Shown here piece after piece: positions 24,105 to 34,624 of a DNA stretch of 64,000 nucleotides. The notes below the pieces were generated by a model. The model had not been told where the DNA came from. It worked only from the letters and a program-made list of their open reading frames with translations, and did no database searches. Both the position numbers and the translations under genes were made by a program. Origin of the DNA: Mycoplasmatota bacterium. Lineage in GTDB: Bacteria; Bacillota_I; Bacilli_A; MAG-NZ. The stretch lies in NCBI GenBank assembly GCA_018394315.1, contig CP074575.1, forward strand, positions 1,892,615-1,956,614, in the 5' to 3' direction. Within the stretch, counting starts at the first letter, position 1, and each line of letters begins with the position of its first letter.

Positions 24105-25007
24105 TTATTCCTTCTTTCTTGCACGTGGGTGATGTGCCATGTATGATTCTTTTAGTTTATCTTTTGATACTTGGGTATATATTTGTGTACTTGATAAATG
24201 TTCATGACCTAACAATTCTTGAACACTCCTTAAGTCGGCTCCATTGTTAAGTAAATGTGTAGCAAAACTATGTCTTAACATATGAGGGCTAAGTTTTATA
24301 TTTTCACTAGACTTTTCAATAATATCATTAAGTATTACTCTTACTCCTCTTGAAGTAAGCGAAGTTCCTTTATAATTCACAAATAACTTTTCCTCAGAAT
24401 AGTTTTCACTTCTCAATAGAAATTCTGTTCTTGCATTATCAAGATAATCTTTAACACTTTCAACCACGTTAGAATGCATAGGAACATATCTATCCTTATT
24501 CCCTTTTCCATGAACCAAAATCAAGTTTTGGTAAAAATCTAAATCCCTTATCTTTAATCCGCACAATTCACTTACTCTTAACCCACATCCATATAGCATC
24601 TCTAAGATTGCATAGTCCCTCTTACCTTTTGCCTTTTCTTTATTAATTCCATCAAATAAACTACTAATCTCACTTTCGTATATAAATCTTGGGTTTTTCT
24701 TCTCTTGTTTAGGAATTTTTACAGAGTCAAATGGATTATTACCTATATATGCTTCTTTCCTTAAATAAGCAAAGAAAGTTCTTGCGCTAGATATTTTCCT
24801 TGCAATACTTCTTCTTGAATAGTCCTTTTCAAATAGAAATCCTAAATAAAATCTAGCCAATGCCTCGTTTGCATCTGTTAACTCCCCAAAACCCTCACTT
24901 TGAATAAAATCTGTTAACACATTTATATCTCTTATATAATTATCGATTGTATGAGTGGAATAATTCTTGCTTTCTAAATACCTAATAAAGTTATCTATTA
25001 AGTCCAA
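24105..25007 (-). CDS. xerC: Tyrosine recombinase XerC/CodV
   Basis: [30 protein letters not shown]; next to trmFO as in Bacilli. Confidence 0.88.
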   Translation of the reverse strand: MDLIDNFIRYLESKNYSTHTIDNYIRDINVLTDFIQSEGFGELTDANEALARFYLGFLFEKDYSRRSIARKISSARTFFAYLRKEAYIGNNPFDSVKIPKQEKKNPRFIYESEISSLFDGINKEKAKGKRDYAILEMLYGCGLRVSELCGLKIRDLDFYQNLILVHGKGNKDRYVPMHSNVVESVKDYLDNARTEFLLRSENYSEEKLFVNYKGTSLTSRGVRVILNDIIEKSSENIKLSPHMLRHSFATHLLNNGADLRSVQELLGHEHLSSTQIYTQVSKDKLKESYMAHHPRARKKE

Positions 25008-26286
25008 ATTCAGTCACAATACTTTCTAAAGCTCTTTCCCCATACAATCTCTTTCTGTCTTTTTTATGATGCTTTTCTTCTAAACTTGGCATAAGTCCAA
25101 AATTAGCATTCATTGGTTGAAAATTTTGGATGTTCTCATTAGAAATGTAATTAACCATCGATCCTATAATTGACTTACTAGATAGCGAATACATTTCTTC
25201 ATTTAAAATAAACTTTGCTATATTAAGCCCTGCTAGTAACCCACTAGCTACACTTTCAACATATCCTTCTACACCCGTAATTTGACCTGCAAAAAATAAA
25301 TCATCTCGAAATTGACATTGATAAGTATTCTTTAATACTTTAGGACTATTAATAAAAGTATTCCTATGCATTACACCATACCTAATTATCTCAACACTTT
25401 CTAGTCCCGGAATCATTCTTAAAATTCTCTTCTGCTCGCCAAATTTAAGGTTAGTCTGAAAACCAACAACATTATATAAATCACCTATTGCATTATCTTG
25501 ACGTAATTGAACTACTGCATAAGGCTTAACATTATCATGTTCTAAACCTACAGGCTTCATCGGTCCAAATAAAAGAGTCTTTTTCCCACGCTTAGCCATT
25601 ACTTCAAAAGGCATACAACCTTCAAAAACATTAACTTCAAAATCTTTTAAAATCTGAGTTTCTGCATTTATTAATTCACGGTGGAACTTATTAAATTCTA
25701 GTATATTCATTGGGCAATTAATATAATCAGCAGCGCCTTTATCATATCTACTTTTTAAGTACGCCTTAGTCATATCAATCGAATCCTTAGTTACAATTGG
25801 GGCGGCTGCATCAAAGAATGAAAGGTATTCGATTCCCAAAAATTCTTTAATTGACTCACTAAGAGCATTGCTTGTTAAAGGTCCTGTTGCGATAATCGTA
25901 GGTCCATTTGGAATATCTGTTACCGCATCATATATAACCTCAATATTTTTATGACTCAAAATTTCAGATGTTATCCACTTAGAGAACTCTATTCTATCGA
26001 CCGCAAGTGCTCCACCAGCTGGAACCCTAAATTTATCGGCAGCCCTTAATACTAATGAATTAAGATAACGCATTTCTTCCTTTAATATACCAACTGCATT
26101 CTCTAAGCTATTACTTCTTAATGAATTAGAGCATACTAATTCCGCAAAAAAATCTGTGTGATGTGCAGGTGTATTGATTTTAGGTCTCATTTCATACAGA
26201 CGCACTTGTATTCCCTTTTCAGCTAGTTGCCAGGCAGCTTCAGAACCAGCTAATCCTGCACCTATTACATTAACATAACTTCCCAT
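24991..26286 (-). CDS. trmFO: FAD/folate-dependent tRNA m5U54 methyltransferase
   Basis: [40 protein letters not shown]. Confidence 0.96.
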   Translation of the reverse strand: MGSYVNVIGAGLAGSEAAWQLAEKGIQVRLYEMRPKINTPAHHTDFFAELVCSNSLRSNSLENAVGILKEEMRYLNSLVLRAADKFRVPAGGALAVDRIEFSKWITSEILSHKNIEVIYDAVTDIPNGPTIIATGPLTSNALSESIKEFLGIEYLSFFDAAAPIVTKDSIDMTKAYLKSRYDKGAADYINCPMNILEFNKFHRELINAETQILKDFEVNVFEGCMPFEVMAKRGKKTLLFGPMKPVGLEHDNVKPYAVVQLRQDNAIGDLYNVVGFQTNLKFGEQKRILRMIPGLESVEIIRYGVMHRNTFINSPKVLKNTYQCQFRDDLFFAGQITGVEGYVESVASGLLAGLNIAKFILNEEMYSLSSKSIIGSMVNYISNENIQNFQPMNANFGLMPSLEEKHHKKDRKRLYGERALESIVTEFGLNR

Positions 26287-26357
26287 AATATCACCAGTAA
26301 TATTATATCATATAGAGTGAATATTACTCTTAAAAAAAACAATCAATCTTGATTGTT

Positions 26358-26732
26358 TTATTTGCTAGCTATTACCTCGATTTCTACTTTAGCACCTAAA
26401 GGTAACTTAGCTACTTCAAAGGCACTTCTTGCTGGAAAGGGTTTTTCAAAGAATTCAGCATATACTTCGTTCATTAAGCTAAATTCAGTGATATCGTCTA
26501 AATAGACAGTAGTTTTAACGACATCACTTAAACTATATCCCTCTTCTTCAAGTATCGCCTTTACATTTTTTAAAGAAACCTTAGTTTGAGATTTAATATC
26601 CTTAGGCATTTCTTTTGTAGATGGATCAATTGGAAGTTGACCACTTGTAATAATCATATCCCCAAATTTTATTCCTTGAGAATACGGTCCGATTGCACCA
26701 GGTGCATCACTTGTAATTATTTGTTTTTTCAT
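26358..26732 (-). CDS. ridA: RidA family enamine/imine deaminase
   Basis: APGAIGPYSQ, SGQLP, PARSAFEV, VEIEVIA. Confidence 0.9.
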   Translation of the reverse strand: MKKQIITSDAPGAIGPYSQGIKFGDMIITSGQLPIDPSTKEMPKDIKSQTKVSLKNVKAILEEEGYSLSDVVKTTVYLDDITEFSLMNEVYAEFFEKPFPARSAFEVAKLPLGAKVEIEVIASK

Positions 26733-26831
26733 TATATACCTCTCATTTAATATACCCTATTCTACATCTAGACATCTAAGAAATCAACTAATATCCTACG
26801 ATAAATTAATGGGTAATTCATATAACTAATT

Positions 26832-26856
26832 AAAAAGACACTGAATTTTCAGTGTC
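26832..26856 (-). terminator. Terminator after the LysM gene
   Basis: GACACTGAA-aa-TTCAGTGTC hairpin followed by TTTTT on the minus strand. Confidence 0.75.
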
Positions 26857-26865
26857 GTAAACTCA

Positions 26866-27432
26866 CTACTTAATTATTATAGTTGCTCCTGGTTTTAACC
26901 ATATTTTTTGATTGTAGTCCATTAATTCTTCATACGTCATACCAGTTTTCTCTAAAATAGTGTTTAATGTATCTTCTTCTAAAATAATGTATTCCTTCAA
27001 TTTTCTAGGAATTTTAATCATTTGTTCAGGAGCAAGTTCTAATTTTAGGACATCATTATACATCATTAACACTCTTGGTGGAACATTAAACATTTCACTG
27101 ATTTTAATTAATGAGTCACCAGAAACAGTTAAATATTCTTTATAGTGCATCCCATTCATTTCTTGATAAGGTATTAGAAGCACTTGGTTAGGATATATTG
27201 TTGTTGATTCTAAATTATTTAGTTTGAGTAACTCCTCTATAGTAGTACCATAATTATTAGCTATACTATATAAATTATCACCTTTTTGTACAGTATAACT
27301 CATCTCGTTTTGCACTCTAGGAGCTACGTATGTTTGCTCAGGTTCATAGTATGTTTGCTCAGGCTCATAGTATGTTTCCTCTAGTTCATTTAATCTATTT
27401 TGATTATTATAGAACATATCAAATCTTTCCAT
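26866..27432 (-). CDS. Multi-LysM domain protein without signal peptide
   Basis: YTVQKGDNLYSIANNYGTTIEELLKLNNL...IYPNQVLLIP plus two degenerate LysM repeats; RBS AAGGAGG. Confidence 0.88.
   Translation of the reverse strand: MERFDMFYNNQNRLNELEETYYEPEQTYYEPEQTYVAPRVQNEMSYTVQKGDNLYSIANNYGTTIEELLKLNNLESTTIYPNQVLLIPYQEMNGMHYKEYLTVSGDSLIKISEMFNVPPRVLMMYNDVLKLELAPEQMIKIPRKLKEYIILEEDTLNTILEKTGMTYEELMDYNQKIWLKPGATIIIK
27328..27377. repeat. 21-bp tandem repeat (about 2.4 copies) encoding YEPEQTY
   Basis: GTATGTTTGCTCAGG(T/C)TCATA twice plus a partial copy. Confidence 0.85.
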
Positions 27433-27513
27433 TTTCCCTCCTTATAGTTTATATATCTCACTTTTATATATGCATAAAAACTGAATTAGTATGGGCAAAA
27501 GAAAAGTTGATAA

Positions 27514-28371
27514 CTAATTCATCAACCAATTATATAAATTATCTAATTCCTTATCCTCTAATGCATATTTTTTAAAGTCTGTGTTAATTTTAAAAGCTTT
27601 AGTTAAATCAAGTTTTGCAAAATTGATGTTTCCTGCTAAATTGTAAGCACATCCTCTATTATAATAAAAGATTGCCTCTTTAGAAATTTCTAAAGCTTTT
27701 GTATAAAGCAAGATTGCGTTATCGTAATCTTTTTTTTCCTTGTAAATAACTCCAAGATTAAAAAATGAATAACTATATGGTTCCTGATATGAAATAGACT
27801 TTTCATAGTACTCAATTGCATCATCTAATTTACCCGTTTTATAAGAAACTACTCCTAAGTTAAAATAAACTTTCGTATTTTCCTCAATAGATAATGCGCT
27901 CATAAACATTTCTAAAGCCTGCTCATTAAGATTTTTTTTTTCGTAAAACGACCCCAAGTTGTTGTATGCCCAAAAGTGATCCTTACTATATTCAATAGTT
28001 TTAAGATAATAATATTCAGCTTCATTTTTGTCAAGTTCATCATAAATACAGCCTAAGAAAAAATATGCAGATTCGTACTTTTCATCAAGTTGAATTGTTC
28101 GTTTATAAAAATGAATCGCATTCTCATAGTCACCATACTCATCATAAACAGTAGCAAGACCATAATGTGCTCCTGCATGTTTAGGGTCAATCATGATTAT
28201 TTTTTGTAAGATTCCCTCGGATTCACTTAAATTATTCATTTCAAAATTAATTAATGCAATATCTAACAAAATATCACTATCCGGGTTTTCTATAGAAAGT
28301 AATAATTTTAATGCCTCTTCTAGCTTTCCATCTTCCCATAATTGATGAGCATCATATAGGGAATTACTCAT
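27514..28371 (-). CDS. Tetratricopeptide repeat protein
   Basis: Multiple TPR motifs (AYNNLG, YFNLG, YYNRGCAY); start MSNSLY overlaps the upstream stop. Confidence 0.88.
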   Translation of the reverse strand: MSNSLYDAHQLWEDGKLEEALKLLLSIENPDSDILLDIALINFEMNNLSESEGILQKIIMIDPKHAGAHYGLATVYDEYGDYENAIHFYKRTIQLDEKYESAYFFLGCIYDELDKNEAEYYYLKTIEYSKDHFWAYNNLGSFYEKKNLNEQALEMFMSALSIEENTKVYFNLGVVSYKTGKLDDAIEYYEKSISYQEPYSYSFFNLGVIYKEKKDYDNAILLYTKALEISKEAIFYYNRGCAYNLAGNINFAKLDLTKAFKINTDFKKYALEDKELDNLYNWLMN

Positions 28372-29188
28372 CAATATATACTCTAAACTCCGTTTGAGGT
28401 TGTATTCCAACATCTCCATCAACTTGATGCATTCTTGCTTCGCTCATTTTTATCAATATTTCTTTACCTTTCACTATTGTAAAATACTTTGTTAGTTTTA
28501 CATGACTACCAGAGTAAACTTTTGGAAAATGAAATAATAGTTTTAATCTACTAATATTATGCACGATACAAAAATCTAATATACCATCATTGTTCCTCGC
28601 TTCTGGTGTAACATTCATACCCCCACCAAAGTTTTTACCATTCTGTGCAACAATTAACCATGTCTTCTTAAACTTTCTTGTTTCACCATCAACTGTAACG
28701 ATTGCTTCAGTCGGTTTATAAGAAAAGAATGACATAATAGAATGAAAAGCATAAGAAATTTTTGTTTTTTTTCTAGCTTTTTGAGATCTTTCAATAACTT
28801 CACAATCAACTCCTACACCAAATCCATTTAACATAATTCTAGTTATATCACCTTCAGCAATAACCTTATCAACTGAACCATGATATGGAACAAATTCAGC
28901 TTTATAATTTCTCATAAAATCATTTCCTGTACCGCCCGCATAAAACAGAATTCTCGACTTAATATTTTCAATGTGTGATATGTTATTCGCAAATCTAGAT
29001 AATGTACCATCTCCACCAATTACTATAATTTCATCTTCAATAGTGTAAGTACTTAAAAATTCTCCATAGTCTTCAATTTCCAAGACATTAAAAATTATAT
29101 ATTCTCCATTTATCCTCTTAATTACTTCATTTAAAGATTTATCTCCACGGTTCCCTCTTGCTTTTGGGTTATACACTAATACATACAT
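28364..29188 (-). CDS. Diacylglycerol/lipid kinase family protein (YegS/BmrU-like)
   Basis: NPKARG, GGDGTL, GTGNDF, QVDGD. Confidence 0.88.
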   Translation of the reverse strand: MYVLVYNPKARGNRGDKSLNEVIKRINGEYIIFNVLEIEDYGEFLSTYTIEDEIIVIGGDGTLSRFANNISHIENIKSRILFYAGGTGNDFMRNYKAEFVPYHGSVDKVIAEGDITRIMLNGFGVGVDCEVIERSQKARKKTKISYAFHSIMSFFSYKPTEAIVTVDGETRKFKKTWLIVAQNGKNFGGGMNVTPEARNNDGILDFCIVHNISRLKLLFHFPKVYSGSHVKLTKYFTIVKGKEILIKMSEARMHQVDGDVGIQPQTEFRVYIDE

Positions 29189-29255
29189 TTTTTCATCCCC
29201 TTCTTACATATTTTATCAAAAAAAAGCACTTTTTGACAAAGTACTTTTTAATTAA

Positions 29256-31181
29256 TTATTTTCTTCTGTTTTTAATCTCATCTAAAATCATAGATTTAAA
29301 ATCACTGAAAGCTACTGTAACCTGTTCATTCGATCCATATTTACGATATGTAACAAGGTCTTTTTGTACCTCATTATCACCCACAACTAATTGATATGGT
29401 ACTTTTTGCGTTTGGGCTTCACGTATTTTATAACCTAATTTTTCTTCACGTTTGTCTAACTCAATACGTACACCTAAATCAAATAGTTCTTCAAATATTT
29501 TGTTTGAATACTCTAAATGCACTTCATTACTAACAGGAATGACAATTGCTTGTACAGGAGCCAACCAAGATGGGAATGCTCCTCGGTATTGTTCTACTAG
29601 TATACTCATTAGTCTTTCCCAAGTAGATATTAAACCCCTATGAATAACCACTGGTCGTTCTTTATGTCCACCTTCAGCAATATAATTTAGATCAAATCTA
29701 ATAGGTAACAAGAAATCAAGTTGAACAGTACTCATCGTAATAGTATGACCCATCATAGTTTTGACTTGAATATCAATTTTAGGTCCGTAGAAAGCCGCTT
29801 CACCTTTCATTTCTACAAACTCTACATTCATTTCATTTAATATTTCTCTCATCATTTCTTCTGCAGTATCCCATAATTTATCATCGTCATGGAATTTGCC
29901 TTTTTTAGAGTCACGTAAAGCTAACTCAACATATTCAATTTCTAAACCAAGGTCATCTATTGCTTGATATATTAAATTATACGCGGCCTTTACTTCATCC
30001 TTAATTTGATCAGGACGAACAAACAAGTGTGCATCAGTTAAAGTCATTGCTCTAACTCTCTCTAAACCTGTTAAAGCTCCACTAGCTTCATATCTGTGTT
30101 GAGTTACTACTTCTGCATATCTGATTGGTAAATCACGGTAACTTCTTAAATCGGTCTTATAAACTAGCATATGATGTGGACAACTCATTGGGCGTAGTAC
30201 GAACTCTTCTCCATCTCGTTCCATCGAAGGGAACATATTATCTCTATAATTTGCCCAGTGGCCTGAAGTTTCATACAGCCATTTAGTTCCTAGCATTGGA
30301 GTAGATACATGTAAATATCCCGCTTTTCTTTCAAGTTCATACACGTAGTTCTCTAACTCTCTTCTTATTACGTAACCCTTTGGAAGTAATAGAGGTAACC
30401 CTTGCCCCGCATCAGGTACAATTTCAAATAACCTTAGTTCTTTTCCGACTTTTCTATGATCATAAAGTTTTCTTTCCTCTAAGATTTTTAAATGATTAGC
30501 TAAGTCTTCTTTGGTATACCATGAAGTACCATAAATTCTTTGAAGCTGTTCATTATTCACATCCCCACGCCAATAAGCTCCAGCTATACTTAGTAACTTA
30601 AAGAATCTAATATGTTTTGTATTACCAATATGTCCACCTCTACAAAGGTCAGTGAACTCACCTTGAGTATAAAATGAAATAATCTCTCCGTCAGGTAGAT
30701 CGTTGATTAATTCAGTCTTGTACTTATCACCTTTAAAAGATTCTAATGCTTTATCCTTTGGTAATTCTTTTCTTTCCATTGGTAACGCTGCACCTACAAG
30801 TCGAGTCATCTCTTTTTCAATTCTCTTCAAATCTTCTTCTCTAATCGGTTCTCCGTTTGTATTTACGTCATAATAAAACCCTTCTGCAATATCAGGACCT
30901 ACCCCAAATGTTGCATCAGGAAAAAGTCTCTTAACCGCTTGAGCCATCAAATGAGCAGTACTATGGTTAAGTATACTAAATGCATCCTTATGCTTCTTTG
31001 TAATTATCTCAATGTCACCATCAATTTCGATGGGTCTATTTAAATCATATAACTCACCATTAATGTAACCTGCTACTGATTGTTTTTTTAATCCAGGTGA
31101 GATACTACCTGCAATCATTTCAACGCTCACTCCGTTTTCAAATTCTTTAATATTTCCATCAGGAAAAGTAATCTTAATCAT
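29256..31181 (-). CDS. thrS: Threonine--tRNA ligase
   Basis: TGS domain, HSTAHLMAQA, DLCRGGH, RPMSCPHH, AAFYGPKID. Confidence 0.97.
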   Translation of the reverse strand: MIKITFPDGNIKEFENGVSVEMIAGSISPGLKKQSVAGYINGELYDLNRPIEIDGDIEIITKKHKDAFSILNHSTAHLMAQAVKRLFPDATFGVGPDIAEGFYYDVNTNGEPIREEDLKRIEKEMTRLVGAALPMERKELPKDKALESFKGDKYKTELINDLPDGEIISFYTQGEFTDLCRGGHIGNTKHIRFFKLLSIAGAYWRGDVNNEQLQRIYGTSWYTKEDLANHLKILEERKLYDHRKVGKELRLFEIVPDAGQGLPLLLPKGYVIRRELENYVYELERKAGYLHVSTPMLGTKWLYETSGHWANYRDNMFPSMERDGEEFVLRPMSCPHHMLVYKTDLRSYRDLPIRYAEVVTQHRYEASGALTGLERVRAMTLTDAHLFVRPDQIKDEVKAAYNLIYQAIDDLGLEIEYVELALRDSKKGKFHDDDKLWDTAEEMMREILNEMNVEFVEMKGEAAFYGPKIDIQVKTMMGHTITMSTVQLDFLLPIRFDLNYIAEGGHKERPVVIHRGLISTWERLMSILVEQYRGAFPSWLAPVQAIVIPVSNEVHLEYSNKIFEELFDLGVRIELDKREEKLGYKIREAQTQKVPYQLVVGDNEVQKDLVTYRKYGSNEQVTVAFSDFKSMILDEIKNRRK

Positions 31182-31193
31182 CAAATCATCTCC

Positions 31194-31484
31194 TTATCTA
31201 TTATATTTATCTTTATTTATTATTTCTTTAAGTTCAATCGCTTCATTCAAATCTATCTCATTAATATTGGCGACTGCAGCGACATAATGTAAGCAATCAT
31301 ATAACTCCAATTTCATATTCTCCTTAATCTCTGGGGTGAGTCCATTTAAACTGCTCTTTCTAACTTCATTAGCTAGCTCACCAACTTCTTCTACAAACTT
31401 AAGCATCACTTCTAGCTTATATTCTGGATTATGATCTCTTAGCTTAACAAATTGTTGAAATTCACTAATTTTATAATCTTTCAT
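31194..31484 (-). CDS. MazG-like nucleotide pyrophosphohydrolase
   Basis: KFVEEVGELANEV...LELYDCLHY (EExxE...ExxD metal-binding pattern); RBS AAGGAG. Confidence 0.8.
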   Translation of the reverse strand: MKDYKISEFQQFVKLRDHNPEYKLEVMLKFVEEVGELANEVRKSSLNGLTPEIKENMKLELYDCLHYVAAVANINEIDLNEAIELKEIINKDKYNR

Positions 31485-31496
31485 ATTTACTCCTTA

Positions 31497-31710
31497 AAAA
31501 AAGTCCCTAGAAGAATATCTTCTAAGGACGTAGTATACGCGGTACCACCTTAGTTCACAATATGTGCACTTAAAATCCCTTAACGCTGGATCAACGAAAC
31601 TGATTAGGTTTAGCTCCAAGGGAGTAATAAAATAATTTGTACTGTTAGTCTTTCACCATCACTAACTCGCTTTAAGTCTGAAATCATTTATCATATCCTC
31701 TTCATCGCTT
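31497..31710 (-). promoter_or_regulatory. T-box riboswitch (Thr, ACU specifier)
   Basis: T-box AAGGTGGTACCGCG (31551-31538); stem I AGCGA and GGTGAAA elements; specifier ACT at 31625-31623; terminator GTCCTTAGAAGA...TCTTCTAGGGAC with U-tract; promoter TAGACT, 17 bp, TATAAT at 31744-31716. Confidence 0.9.
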
Positions 31711-31761
31711 GATATATTATATATTGTTTAAACATAAAAGTCTATATCTATTCTAATTTGA

Positions 31762-32427
31762 TTATTTAATATTAGTTAAATAAAATAACCTATTAAATCG
31801 TTTATGCTTTTCATAATAAACATCTATATATTTATCAATTATAAAATATCCTGATAAATAGGTTTTCCATTCTTCTGTGGTTAAATTATGTAAATATATC
31901 TCTGATTCTTCTTTATAGAAGTTTTTCTCAACAAGTGTCATATTCCACTCTTTAACTTCTTCTTTAGTTATGTATGGATTAACTTTAAGAATTATTTTAC
32001 CATGATTTTTCAAGATTCTCTTAATCTCTTTTAATACTTGATTTGCATCCTTAGGATGTAGATTGTCAATAATATTATAAAGAATAATACCATCAAAACT
32101 AGAATCCTCCATTTTGTCTAATACTTCTACTCCACCAGAAATAAACGAATAATCTTTAATCTTATTTACTTTAAATTTTTCGTTAGCAGTATTAATTGCT
32201 TCACTTGAAATATCGATTCCAAGACATTCAGCATCATTTTGTAGTGCACATCGTATTAGCATTGATCCATTGCCACATCCAAAATCCATGATTCTTTTAC
32301 AATCTGAAATCCATATAATTGAATCATCTAATTCCTTTACACCAGTTGATGGTGAAGTTATCTTAAGATTTCCTCTTTTTATAAATATTTTATCCCAAAA
32401 TTTCTTAGTTGAATTATAATCAAACAT
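31762..32427 (-). CDS. Class I SAM-dependent methyltransferase
   Basis: IMDFGCGNG, GIDIS, FDGII, RILKNHG. Confidence 0.85.
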   Translation of the reverse strand: MFDYNSTKKFWDKIFIKRGNLKITSPSTGVKELDDSIIWISDCKRIMDFGCGNGSMLIRCALQNDAECLGIDISSEAINTANEKFKVNKIKDYSFISGGVEVLDKMEDSSFDGIILYNIIDNLHPKDANQVLKEIKRILKNHGKIILKVNPYITKEEVKEWNMTLVEKNFYKEESEIYLHNLTTEEWKTYLSGYFIIDKYIDVYYEKHKRFNRLFYLTNIK

Positions 32428-32446
32428 TAGTTTATCCCCTAAAAAC

Positions 32447-33319
32447 TTATTCTCTATAGTTTTTACCTTTCAATTCAAATGGTTTACTAACAGCCCTTAT
32501 TCTTTCCATCAATCTTTCAACCTTAACAGGATCAGACACCTTACTATTAAAATTATCTTCAAGGTGTTTTATTGAGAAATTACTTCCAAAGAATACTGGT
32601 TTTTTTTGACTCATTCTGTTTTGCAAAATAGGCATCAACACTTCATCCCTAAACCAATCAGAAGATAGTCCTTCATCTCCAAAATCATCAAGAATTAAAA
32701 CCTCAATATTTTTTAGATACTCAACTTTGCTTTCTAATGTTCCTTCATTTATCGAACTCTTAATTTCTCTAACAAAGTCTGGATAATTTACGAATAAAAC
32801 TTTCTTGTTTTTTGCTACTTTCTTAGCTGTTACAGTTAGAATTCTTGTTTTACCAACACCTGGCTTTCCATGCAAGTATATACCTTTCATATACTCATCA
32901 TTTTGTAAGAAGTCAGTTATATAATCAATAATTGCTCCTCTTTCTTTCGTAGGTTCAAAATCAACATAATCTTTTCTAGGCATATACATACTCACAAGTT
33001 GATTTTTCCTTTTTAGCCTTTGGTATTCTACTCTATAGAAATCACATTGTTTGTATTCTACATTAATCAAACTCTTATCTGCAGATAAACATGGGTAAAA
33101 GCCCACTATATCCATCTTACATTCTTCGAGTCCTCTACAACCTTTACAGTTTGTAACTTCATTAACGTATCTATATAATTCTGATAACTTACTTTCTACT
33201 TCATGATTTGAGATGTTATTCTCACGAATAAGTTTATCTATTACACTATTACTTAATAATTCTTTTTTAATTTCAACTACACTTCCATCATTAATGAAAT
33301 AGTCGCTTATTTTTTTCAT
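32447..33319 (-). CDS. dnaI: Primosomal helicase loader DnaI
   Basis: N-terminal Zn-binding cysteines, GKPGVGKT, LILDDFG, RLMERIR; follows dnaB. Confidence 0.9.
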   Translation of the reverse strand: MKKISDYFINDGSVVEIKKELLSNSVIDKLIRENNISNHEVESKLSELYRYVNEVTNCKGCRGLEECKMDIVGFYPCLSADKSLINVEYKQCDFYRVEYQRLKRKNQLVSMYMPRKDYVDFEPTKERGAIIDYITDFLQNDEYMKGIYLHGKPGVGKTRILTVTAKKVAKNKKVLFVNYPDFVREIKSSINEGTLESKVEYLKNIEVLILDDFGDEGLSSDWFRDEVLMPILQNRMSQKKPVFFGSNFSIKHLEDNFNSKVSDPVKVERLMERIRAVSKPFELKGKNYRE

Positions 33320-33328
33320 AATTCACCT

Positions 33329-34591
33329 CTACAATTTCTTAAATGTATCATATGCCTTTTTATAATCAACATCCTTATATTTTTCTTCATCATCAAGCTT
33401 AATAATTTTGTCTTTTTCCTCTCGCTCTAATTTATACTCTTTATACCATTCAGGTTTCTTACTCCCCTTTTTAGTATAACTCTTCTTATTTGTTTTTTTC
33501 TCTTTATTAAGGTAATCAAATGCTTCCTCTAGCGATTTAATCCCTACTCTTCCCCATTCATTGGCAATCTTTTCAAAGTACGGATAAGTAGGCATCTTTT
33601 TATTGTTCACTTTTAAAACGTAATATATCATAACATTTATTAATTCCGTACTCATTTTATTAACACTCATTAACTTATATACTATTTCTAAATCAACTTG
33701 AGCTGCAGGCATTCCGCTAAGTTCTTGTAGTAACTGTCCAGGTGACATAGTTTTCATATGGCTTTTAATATCATTTCCAACAATCTCTGTTTTTTTATCA
33801 GATAGCTTAGGTGCATCTTGTTTAAACTTGTATTGATACACTTTTCTAGCCTCTTTAGGCAAAGTCTTGTAATCCAGTATACCTTTATTGTTTAATGACC
33901 CTAAATAAACATCCTGCATTTCAGCTTCTGTTAAGTTGTAAGTAAATGCTAATTTTACTAAAGTGTCTTTCAACTTATCAGATAGTTCTTTTCTATCAAA
34001 GAAAGTTTTACTAAAGTCATTACAAAATAAGTCAAAGTCAAAATCATTTGTAAACTTAATAAATGCATTCTTCTCTTTTGATAAATAATTCCCTTTTAAC
34101 GGGATATTACTAACACTTGTTGTAAAGACCTCATCAAAAGTTTTAGTAACATTCTCAAAATCACTTGGTATAGAGTTTGAAATTTTAAAATGCTTTGTTA
34201 AATTCTTAAAATCATCTTCTCCAACTTCAGAATATAAATATATTCCCAAACTGCCATCTAGTATAAATTCATTTGCAGTTAGTGGTATATTTAAATCCAT
34301 AATATATCCCTTTTGATTGTTGTAATAAGAATTTAATAATCCTATAGCCTCTAAAGTATCTTTTGATTCATTGAACTCAACAATAGTAAAGTTACATACT
34401 GCTAAAACATTCTTTAAAAGACACTTCTTAGTAAGTTTTTCTCTACTTAATAAATTAAACAAAGTCATATAAAGAACATATGCATTAGAACCAATCAGGG
34501 GTTGATACAACAAAGTAAGCACTGATATATCATCACTACTTAAATTTCCGCCTGATTGAATTTTAATATCTTCAAGAATTTTAACGTTCAT
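33329..34591 (-). CDS. dnaB: Replication initiation/helicase loader DnaB (Firmicutes type, DnaD domain)
   Basis: LTLLYQPLIG, LEAIGLL, YFEKIANEW; coaE-dnaB-dnaI order. Confidence 0.85.
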   Translation of the reverse strand: MNVKILEDIKIQSGGNLSSDDISVLTLLYQPLIGSNAYVLYMTLFNLLSREKLTKKCLLKNVLAVCNFTIVEFNESKDTLEAIGLLNSYYNNQKGYIMDLNIPLTANEFILDGSLGIYLYSEVGEDDFKNLTKHFKISNSIPSDFENVTKTFDEVFTTSVSNIPLKGNYLSKEKNAFIKFTNDFDFDLFCNDFSKTFFDRKELSDKLKDTLVKLAFTYNLTEAEMQDVYLGSLNNKGILDYKTLPKEARKVYQYKFKQDAPKLSDKKTEIVGNDIKSHMKTMSPGQLLQELSGMPAAQVDLEIVYKLMSVNKMSTELINVMIYYVLKVNNKKMPTYPYFEKIANEWGRVGIKSLEEAFDYLNKEKKTNKKSYTKKGSKKPEWYKEYKLEREEKDKIIKLDDEEKYKDVDYKKAYDTFKKL

Positions 34592-34624
34592 TTAATACGA
34601 ATCACTTTGTGACTCTTCACCTCT

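Noticed and set aside
24105..25007. Tyrosine recombinase as a prophage or island integrase
   Set aside because: Size, motifs and the trmFO-xerC arrangement indicate the housekeeping chromosome-dimer resolvase; no mobile cargo is nearby.
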